A DNA stretch of 64,000 nt, taken from positions 431,892 to 495,891 of the forward strand of contig CADEHE010000003.1 of NCBI GenBank assembly GCA_902826775.1, written 5' to 3'. Source of the stretch: an uncultured Pseudomonadota bacterium. Lineage in GTDB: Bacteria > Pseudomonadota > Gammaproteobacteria > Burkholderiales > JALYOK01. Below, one piece after another: positions 47,384 through 55,800 of the stretch. Position 1 is the first letter of the stretch, and each line of letters opens with the position of its first letter. The position numbers and the translations under genes were made by a program. The notes beneath the pieces are model-generated. The model was not told the DNA's origin and did not search any database. It saw only the letters and a list, made by a program, of their open reading frames with translations.

Positions 47384-49300
47384 CTAAGTCTTCGTGACTC
47401 GACCTTGAGCGATGTGCACTCGCTGACGGTCAAACGAGCGGAACGTAAACGAGACTGGCCGTTCCGCATACTCCGCAGTGCGCTTGCGAAGGATCTCGAT
47501 GGCGATCTCCTCGCCGAGCCGCAGACTACGCGTATTGTCGGTACGCCAGTGCACGCCACCCATCGAGCGGCCCATGGCGACATTGCTGGCGATCTTGTTA
47601 AGTTCGCCACCGACTGTAAGTCTACTCGCGTCTGCTCCGTTGTACTGTTTCGGATCGCAGAAAGCTTCGAGATCGGTTCCCGTCTTCCGAAACCCGGGTT
47701 GAAGCAGCATCAACTGTCCACCAGGCGGATCTGCGGGACCGATCTTCTGCGGCGAGGACGCGTCGTTAGCGGCGTCAAAGATCATTTGCATCGGTTTGTC
47801 TTCGTCGAACCAAGCCTTGAGCGCCGTGACGCAGGCCCCAGCCACCGTAGCGTGTCCAGCGCCGTATGCCGGGTGGCTAGGCGAACCGGCGGAAAAGGCC
47901 ATTGGTAAGAAAAGGGTGCCCGTGCCGCCATTGAGTGCCGAATTGTGGCTCTCAACCACGTTTAGCGTTTCGTCGAGTTTGCTCTTGAAATCCGGAGTAC
48001 CAGGAAGAGTCGTTGGCAGGTCGTATTTTCGCAGTTCTCCTCCGAAGCCCTTGCGTTGCATCTGAATCAGTCCGGCCATTACTTCTGGACGACACCGGCG
48101 GTGTACAAACCACTTTTGGCGCCAAACGACTTTAAGGGCGCGACTGGCCACTTCGGAAACTAGGGTCAACAAGTCCGGCCCTCCGAGTGTGGCGAACCCA
48201 GTCTCTCGAGAGTAGCGGTTGCCGCGATACGGATTGCCCTCGCCCGCTGGGGCGCCGATGCCAAGTAAGAATAAGGCGGCATTGAAGTAGGCTTGGTGCA
48301 GGGCATCGCGGTTGACGAAGCGTGCGATGTCGCGCATGGTCGAGATGAAGCGCTTGGGATTTGCGGCCGGATAGTACGTTGCACCGCGGTTCTGCTGATC
48401 AGAAAAGTTGTTGCATGTGCCGTAGTCACGGCCATATTTGTCTTTTCCGGTATTCTGCGCGAGCAGCCAGTCCTGGTGACTTGTAAGAAAGTCCAGCTTG
48501 GCAATATAGGGCACCTGACGCGGATCGATCTCCTGCACACCGAAGGCGATCGGGCGCAAGAAGAACTGGCTGATCAGCGGCCCGTGCTCCTCGTCATGCA
48601 GTCCGCTGCGGAACAATCTCTGCAGCGTAACGCTGGCGCCGCCGACACCTGGAGCCACATCGAGCGGGGCGCGCAGTTTGCCAAAGTCGGTGTCATGCTG
48701 AAGCGCGATGTCGAACATCTTATTCACCGCGTCGCGCGCTAGGTCAACCCGGTCGGTAACGTTGTAGCCGAGCTGGGCGTTGTGAGCATCAACGTTCGCG
48801 CATCCTGCCCCAGGCGTGCCTTTGCTACTTTGGAAAGCCAGCAGCGGCGCGTCGCGCAGCAGCGCCATCCAGTACAGTTCCACCATCTCCGCAGTGGCCG
48901 TGAGCGAGCGACACCCTGGAGCGGGCAACATCTCGAGGGTCTTGGGATCCGGCCCCAGCGATTCGGTTGACGCCCCAGCCATTGGGCTAACAAACTTCGC
49001 GGCGGACTTGGTTAATGCTTCTATCTCGGAAGTTGGTGATCCACCCAGAATGAACGCCGTTTGCGGTACGTCTGGCGATGGCTCAAGCGGGCCTTGGCGC
49101 ACTCCTTCGAAATTCACTGGCGCACCCGCTTCAATGGCGATACAGCGACGTTCAAATTCGCGGTAGGCGTCAGGAACTACTTCACCGAACTTGTTGTGTG
49201 GCAAGGTCTTGTGAAAATTGCCGATGAATGGTGCATTGTCCGTAGTCAGTCCTTTAGTGCTGACCAGGCTTTCGTCTGCATTTGGGGTCGGGAAGGGCAT
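47384..49300 (-). CDS. vanadium-dependent haloperoxidase family protein (PAP2 superfamily)
   Basis: 638 aa. 'KTLPHNKFGEV'; motif 1 'QKWFVHRRCRPE'; motif 2 'HPAYGAGHATVAGACVTALKAWF'; motif 3 'GRSMGGVHWRTDN'. No signal peptide. Two spot counts give about 53-55% GC. Confidence 0.72.
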   Translation of the reverse strand: MPFPTPNADESLVSTKGLTTDNAPFIGNFHKTLPHNKFGEVVPDAYREFERRCIAIEAGAPVNFEGVRQGPLEPSPDVPQTAFILGGSPTSEIEALTKSAAKFVSPMAGASTESLGPDPKTLEMLPAPGCRSLTATAEMVELYWMALLRDAPLLAFQSSKGTPGAGCANVDAHNAQLGYNVTDRVDLARDAVNKMFDIALQHDTDFGKLRAPLDVAPGVGGASVTLQRLFRSGLHDEEHGPLISQFFLRPIAFGVQEIDPRQVPYIAKLDFLTSHQDWLLAQNTGKDKYGRDYGTCNNFSDQQNRGATYYPAANPKRFISTMRDIARFVNRDALHQAYFNAALFLLGIGAPAGEGNPYRGNRYSRETGFATLGGPDLLTLVSEVASRALKVVWRQKWFVHRRCRPEVMAGLIQMQRKGFGGELRKYDLPTTLPGTPDFKSKLDETLNVVESHNSALNGGTGTLFLPMAFSAGSPSHPAYGAGHATVAGACVTALKAWFDEDKPMQMIFDAANDASSPQKIGPADPPGGQLMLLQPGFRKTGTDLEAFCDPKQYNGADASRLTVGGELNKIASNVAMGRSMGGVHWRTDNTRSLRLGEEIAIEILRKRTAEYAERPVSFTFRSFDRQRVHIAQGRVTKT

Positions 49301-49575
49301 TTCAATTTTCCTTTTATTGCACGTTTAAGAACGATCTTTGGGGACTGCGAGCGAGCAGTGTAGATATAGGTTCGAGTTTCTGTCCCAACCCGATCAGGTG
49401 GGAATGCAAGCTCTAGACTACTTTCGCGTCACTTCCGCCGCGAACTTGCTCAGACGGAGTCGAGTTGCTTACCTCGAGTCAGTCGCAACTACCGTTGAAT
49501 CGTCTGCTGTTTTATCCAGGTGACCTACCTGGCAAAGCTTCTCGCGCGCACAGTGCCTGGCATCGTGTTGGGCCA

Positions 49576-49803
49576 TTCGCCGCCGGCCACATCCCGGGCG
49601 CCATCAACGGTCCGCTCGCCGAACTGGAGCGTTGGCGGCGCGGCGCGCCGAAGAACAAACAGATCATCGCCTATTGCCGCGGCCCGTGCTGCTTGATGGC
49701 GTTCGAAGCCGTCGCACGGCTGCGCCGCAAGGGCTACAAAGCGCAGCGGCTTGCGGACGGGTTTCCGGAGTGGAAATCCGCCGGGTTGCCGGTGGAGTTC
49801 TAA
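49576..49803 (+). pseudogene. displaced 3'-end remnant of an arsR-rhodanese paralogue (rhodanese domain only)
   Basis: By my hand alignment it is about 89% nt-identical to 47020-47242. It encodes 'FAAGHIPGAINGPLAELERWRRGAPKNKQIIAYCRGPCCLMAFEAVARLRRKGYKAQRLADGFPEWKSAGLPVEF*'. The upstream part of ORF 49465.. is unrelated sequence. Confidence 0.75.
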
Positions 49804-50202
49804 AGCAACCAACGCTGATCCGCTTTGGCCAAAAGTCGTTCGCTAACTCACGTAAAGCGAACGGCGGCAGCGAATGGGCCGCTGCACGAAGACATAGAAA
49901 ACACGCTGGGCGTTTTACGCTTCGTCCCGAATCCGTAAGTGCGCGAATAATAGAAGCGACCCGTCGGGACGTCCGCTCCGCCCCGCGCCGCGATCAGTGC
50001 GTGGCTCAAGCATTCCGCGTGCGCGGAATCATCTCTCGATGCGAACTTCGGTGAAATTCACACGCGTGGGTCTAGCGCACTCGCGCGGCGCCGCGAGCGG
50101 CGTGAGGGTGATTTTGCCGCAGCCGTCCCGGCAATAAGTCGCTCGCGCGGCACCGCGCCGCCGACTTCAATGAGCATCGTCTGCTCACAAGGAGAACTGC
50201 CA

Positions 50203-52197
50203 ATGTTGACTCTTTCATCCAAGTTCTGCGCGCGCGCCGTCACGGCGGCGGCCGCGCTGCTCTTCGCCGGATCCGCTCTGGCAGCGCGCGAAGTCGATCC
50301 CGATATGGATCTGCCGGACCCAGCGCCCACCAAGCCGCCGCTCGAAACTCGGCCCGTGAAAATTCCCGCGAACCCGCCAGAGGTAGCGCTGCCTGGACCC
50401 GATACCTATCCGCGTGCCGCGCAACCGATCGATGTGCCCATGCCGGGCGGCGGCATGGCCCAAGTGCGTCCCCTGAAAACCGTGCTCACCCTAGCCAAGC
50501 GCGAGGCACTGGCCGATCGCTTGATCGTTGTATTCCGCAAGCCGGAAACGGACGAAAGCGCCGCACACACGCGCGCAAGCAAGTTCGGCGCCGGCATCGC
50601 CAAGCCGCTACTCAAAGTCGGGCGCAAGGGCGTGCTCGTAGATGTGTCCGGCGCGGCGTCGCTGGAAGACGCAGCGCGCGCTTACCTGAGCGATCCCGAA
50701 GTCCAATACGCAAGCCCGGATTGGGTCATGCACAAACAAGAAATCCCTAACGACCCCTCGTTCGGCAGTCAATGGGGAATGACCACCATCCAAGCGTCGC
50801 AGGCCTGGAATCGCACGCACGGCTCGCCCGGCGTACGCATCGCAGTGCTGGACACCGGCATCAACGAGCTCCACGCTGATCTCGCCGGCAAAGTCGTCGC
50901 ACGCCGCGATTTTACCGGCTCCGGCAGCGGAACCGATGACATCGATGGCCATGGCACCCACGTCGCCGGTATAGCGGCAGCATCAACCAACAACGCCGCG
51001 GGCGTGGCGGGCGTGGGCTACGACAGCAGTTTGATGAACGTCAAAGTGCTGGACGACAGCGGCAGCGGCAGCGTCTCGATGCTCTACAACGGCATCTACT
51101 GGGCCACGGACAACGGTGCGCACGTCATCAACATGAGCTTGGGCTCCGATGAGCAAGATTGCAGCACATCGTGGTGGGAAGACTTGTTCGATGTCGGCCG
51201 CAACGAACTGCGCGATTCCATCAACTACGCCTTTGATCGCAACGTGGTGCTGGTCGCCGCCGCCGGCAACAACGGCGCCGACCAGCAGCAATGGCCAGGC
51301 GCCTGCCCGAACGTGCTATCCGTCGCAAACACCAACAGCGCGGATATGCGCTCGGGCTCGTCCAACTTCGGCACCTGGGTCGATGTCGCCGCACCGGGCG
51401 CGGGCATTTTCTCCACCGCAGTGCCTGGGGCCAGCAGCTGCCAGAACGGTTTGATGGGTGCGTTCGCCAACTGCAGCGGTACCTCGATGGCGTCGCCGCA
51501 TGTGGCGGGCATTGCCGCGCTGGTGCGTTCAAGTTGCGGCATGACCAGGGCGAACGACATCGTCAATCGCATCACGAGCACAGCCAATGCGATCGCCGGC
51601 ACTGGCACGCTGTGGCAGTTTGGCCGCGTGAACGCGTTGAACGCCGTGTGCTTTCCCGCTCTAGCGCCGCGCATCACCGCGGAAAACTCGACCAGCATCC
51701 AACTAGGCTGGAGCGACCGCACACCGGGCGAGACGCACTTCGAAGTCTTCTGGCAAATAGTCGGTGGAGCCGCTGCCAGCGTGATCCTGCCCGCCAATAG
51801 CACCAGTTTTCTGCACAGCGGATTAAGCACCGGCTTGGATGTGGACTATTTTGTGCGGGTTTGCGATGCACTCGGCTGCTCGGATTGGTCCAACCCAGTA
51901 CACGGGAACACCGGCTCCTCACTGAAGGTCTCGCTCTCCGGCGCCGGCAAGGTCACCAGCAGCCCAGCGGGTATTAACTGCGGCGGCGGCGCTTCGGACT
52001 GCAACGAGGCGTACTTGCCGGGTACCATCGTCAGACTGACAGCGAGGGGATCCGGTAATATCAACAAGCCCGTCTATTGGCTGTTCGATCACTGGGATGG
52101 CGCCTGCGCGGGACAAGGCTACGTTTGCACGCTCACCATGAGCGCGGCGCGCAGCGCTAAGGCGGTGTTCGTGCGCGAAACCAACGGCGGGCTATAG
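50203..52197 (+). CDS. secreted subtilisin-like S8 serine protease with FN3-like and InlB-B-repeat-like C-terminal domains
   Basis: The ATG at 50203 follows AAGGAG. Signal 'AAALLFAGSALAA'. Catalytic triad 'VLDTGI', 'HGTHVAG', 'GTSMASPHVAG'. C-terminus 'VSLSGAGKVTSSPAGINCGGGASDCNEAYLPGTIVRLTA...FDHWDGAC'. Confidence 0.88.
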   Translation: MLTLSSKFCARAVTAAAALLFAGSALAAREVDPDMDLPDPAPTKPPLETRPVKIPANPPEVALPGPDTYPRAAQPIDVPMPGGGMAQVRPLKTVLTLAKREALADRLIVVFRKPETDESAAHTRASKFGAGIAKPLLKVGRKGVLVDVSGAASLEDAARAYLSDPEVQYASPDWVMHKQEIPNDPSFGSQWGMTTIQASQAWNRTHGSPGVRIAVLDTGINELHADLAGKVVARRDFTGSGSGTDDIDGHGTHVAGIAAASTNNAAGVAGVGYDSSLMNVKVLDDSGSGSVSMLYNGIYWATDNGAHVINMSLGSDEQDCSTSWWEDLFDVGRNELRDSINYAFDRNVVLVAAAGNNGADQQQWPGACPNVLSVANTNSADMRSGSSNFGTWVDVAAPGAGIFSTAVPGASSCQNGLMGAFANCSGTSMASPHVAGIAALVRSSCGMTRANDIVNRITSTANAIAGTGTLWQFGRVNALNAVCFPALAPRITAENSTSIQLGWSDRTPGETHFEVFWQIVGGAAASVILPANSTSFLHSGLSTGLDVDYFVRVCDALGCSDWSNPVHGNTGSSLKVSLSGAGKVTSSPAGINCGGGASDCNEAYLPGTIVRLTARGSGNINKPVYWLFDHWDGACAGQGYVCTLTMSAARSAKAVFVRETNGGL

Positions 52198-52224
52198 CCG
52201 CTGCTGAGCAGTCCCAATAAGAGT

Positions 52225-52255
52225 AGCGAGGCGGCCATGCCGCCTCGCTTTTTTT
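52225..52255 (+). terminator. Rho-independent terminator
   Basis: agcgaggcgg-ccat-gccgcctcgc followed by ttttttt, 28 nt after the protease stop. Confidence 0.85.
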
Positions 52256-52445
52256 ACTTTCGCCAAGTTACGTAGCTACGCAATGCTGCCGCGAGAAGTA
52301 ACTTCCGGCTCCATCGATCGAGAAGGGGCAGCGCATAAGCCAGCGCTTGCATGCATTGCCGCCTCGCCGAGGGCCAGGGCCGCTGCTGGTTTTGGCGATG
52401 CGCTCGCTTTGAACGTCAACGGAAACATAAGGAGCCGGGCGAAGA

Positions 52446-52479
52446 CCAGCCAACGCTGACAGGGCCGGAGGCGCTGGAA
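52446..52479 (+). repeat. 34-nt imperfect direct repeat, copy B
   Basis: ccagccaacgctgacagggccggaggcgctggaa matches 47249-47282 at 29 of 34 positions. Confidence 0.45.
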
Positions 52480-52862
52480 GATCGAGATCGACCCATTCTG
52501 TCCCTTCAGCACTCGCTTTCTGAAGTCGGCAATAGTGCGTGCTCCCGACATTGAATTTCGAGGCTTCTGTTAGGCTCGCGAGATGTCCCGGCATCCACTA
52601 GCGATGAGCCATCCAGGCGACTATCGGAGAAGCCTGTCTCGACGCCGCTCCACTGCCCGTAACAAATCTCCACACATTCTGTAACAAGCCTTCACATTCG
52701 CGCCTTGCGAGCACCTACGGCGGTTGCGTATCGTGCGTGCCTGCTGAATCCGAGTCCACCGCTCTCGACTCGTCGATTCCGTTCTAGCTTTCGGGGAAGT
52801 GAATGACTGCGACGCCATCGGGTCCGCGTCGTCTTGGCGTGTTGCTCTAAGGGGGAGGAATC

Positions 52863-55800
52863 ATGCGTCATCGAATCATGCGCACGTGGGTTATTGTACT
52901 TTGCGCACTTGGCTTGGTCTCTGGAATCGCCAACGCTGCCGAGCGCGCGATCATCAAATACGCACCAGCGTTACTACCCAACACCAACACCGCCTCCTAC
53001 TTCAATACGCTCGAAGCCGCCTGCCAGGAATATGCGAAGCGCCTCAATCAAGGCGGTGGGCAATATCGCGTGGTTGGTAGCGTCGTGACCACTCCGGCGC
53101 AGTACCAAAGCGTCACCTCCGGTCCATACGTCAATGGGCTCATAACGGCGGGCAACTATCAATGCCGCCTTTTGGCAGCCGGCGCGACGGCACCGACGCT
53201 GGCCGGTGCCAACGGTGCCGGATTCTGCGGCAGCAAGTTCGTCTTTGACGGTGTCAACCCTTACGGCAACTGCGCCTGCCCGAGCGGCAGCACCGAAATC
53301 AACGGCGCCTGCCACGCGCCCAACCTGGGTTCAACTGCCCGTGCGCCCGCGCCGGTTTCGAGCAGCGCCCCGGCGCGTCCGCAGGCCTGCCAAAGCCAAG
53401 GCCCAACCCAGTTTGGCAACCCCGTGCACGGCGCCACTGGCAACAAGTATCAGAGCGAGAGCGACTACGCCAGCGCGGATGGGGCATTGCGCTTCGAGCG
53501 CCATTACAACAGCCAAGGTCCCGAGTACGGACGGCGCCCCATGGGTGCGTTGTGGCGCCATAGTTATGATGCCCGCCTGGAGCGCATCACCGACACACTG
53601 CTCAAGGCCTACCGGGCAAACGGCCAGGTCATCGTCTTCGCCAAGAGCGGCACCGCTTGGAACGCCACTGCCGAAGTAAGCGATCGCCTGAGCGAAACCG
53701 CAACCGGCTTCAGCCTGATCAACGGCAACGAAGACATCGAGTACTACAACCTCGGCGGGCAGTTAAGCCGCATCCAAAGCCCCTCGGGTCAAGAACTCAA
53801 CCTGATTTACTCCGACGCCAACACCGCCAGCGCGATTGCGCCCCTGCCAGGGCTACTCATCCGAGTCGAAGACAGTTTCGCCCGCGCCCTATCGCTTCGC
53901 TATGACGAGAACCTACGCATCGTCGAACTCACCGACTCCGCCGGTAACCAGTACACCTACGGCTACGATGCCAACGAGAACCTGACCAGCGTCAGCTACC
54001 CGGATGCCACCCCGCAAGACCCGAACGACAATCCCAAGCGCCTGTACCACTACGAAGACAGCCGCTTCCCCAATGCACTGACGGGCATCACCGACGAGAA
54101 CGGCACACGCTTTGCCACTTACGCCTACGATGCCCAGGCTCGGGCGATCAGCAGCGAGCACGCCGGCGGGGTCATGCGCTATCTGCTGTCGTTTAACGCC
54201 GACGGCAGCAGCAGCGTGACCGACCCACTCAACACTGCGCGCAGCTATTCGTTCCAGACCATCCTCGGGGCCATACGCAACGCCAACGAGAGCCAGCCCT
54301 GCCCGAGCTGCGGCGGCAGCAATATTGCCGCGCGCAGCTTCGATGCCAACGGCAACGTCAGTGCGGCCACGGATTTCAACGGCAATCAAAGCACTTACGT
54401 CTACGACCTGGCGCGTAACCTCGAGCTCTCGCGCACAGAAGCCGCCGGCACTGCGCAGCAGCGCAGCATCACCACCGAATGGCACCCGAACTGGCGCCTG
54501 CCGACGAAACTGACCGAGCCCAATCGCGTGACCGAATGGAGCCATGACGCACAAGGCAACGTGCTCACCCACAAGGTCACCGACAGCGCCACAGGGCTAT
54601 CGCGCAGCAGCAGCTACACCTACAACGCGATTGGCCAAGTGCTCACCGCGGACGGGCCACGCACCGACGTGATGGACGTCACCACCTACACCTACTACCC
54701 CAACGACGCCGGCCAAGGCAATAAGCGCGGCATGCTCGCTTCGGTTAGCAACGCGCTCGGCCATACGGTGCTGATCACCGACTACGACGCGCATGGACGC
54801 GCGCTGTCGATGACCGACGCGAACGGCTTGGTCTCCAGCATGACTTATGACGCGCGCGGGCGCCTCACAAGCCGCACCGTCGGCAGCGAAACCACCGTCT
54901 TTGAATACGACGGCGCCGGCCAGCTCATTAAAGTCACGCTACCGGACGCCAGCTTCGTGCGCTACAGCTACGACGCCGCGCACCGCTTGACGCAAATCCT
55001 GGATCACCTCGGCAACAAGATCGTCTACACGCTGGATGCCATGGGCAACCGCACGCGCGAAGACGTCTACTTCCCCAACGGCACGCTGGCGCAGACGCAC
55101 TCGCGTACGTTCGATGCGCTCAATCGCCTGCATCAGGAAATCGGGGCGTTGAACCAGACCACCACCTACAGCTACGACAGCCAGGGCAACTTAAAGACGG
55201 TCACCGACCCGCTCGGGCGCGCCACCACGCACGGCTACGATGCCTTAAACCGCATGAACAAGGTGACCGATGCGCTAAGCGGCATCACACTCTACGACTT
55301 CGACGCCAACGACCGTATCCGCCAAGTCACCGACCCGCGCGGACTGGCGACCGTCTATAGCTACAACGGCTTGGACGATCTGCTACAGCAGCTAAGCCCT
55401 GATACCGGCACCACCCACAACACGTACGATTCCGCCGGCAACCTGGCCACGACCCAAGATGCGCGCGGCGAGATCACGCGCTACAGCTATGACGCTTTGA
55501 ACCGCGTCAGCAGCATGAGCTATGGCACTACCACGGTGAGTTTCACCTACGATCAAGGCGCCTACGGCAGAGGCCGGCTAACCGGCATGACGGATGCCAC
55601 CGGCGCCACCACTTGGGAATACGACGCCCAAGGCCGGCTCGTGACCCACACGCAGCGCACCGGGGCAACACTCACCAAAACGATGCGCTACGCCTACAAC
55701 AACGCCGGGCAGTTGATCAGCCTGACCTACCCCTCGGGGCGGGTAATGGAGTATGTTTACAGCAACGGCCAAGTAAGCGAGGTGCGCTCCGGCGCTCAAG

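Noticed and set aside
50012-50029. 18-bp palindrome ATTCCGCG-tg-CGCGGAAT about 175 nt upstream of the protease gene, and other GC-rich stems nearby
   Set aside because: GC-rich DNA yields many such stems. There is no second copy and no positional argument, so I did not call it as a site.
52321-52445. Possible third, highly degraded copy of the rhodanese coding region upstream of repeat copy B ('cat tgc cgc' versus 'tat tgc cgc', and so on)
   Set aside because: Similarity beyond the 34-nt block is patchy, needs several gaps, and is not distinguishable from chance by eye.
52268-52594. ORFs 52268..52594(-) and 52351..52554(+) between the protease terminator and rhs
   Set aside because: Neither has an RBS, a motif or coding-like composition. 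The region is better explained as an insertion scar plus the rhs promoter.
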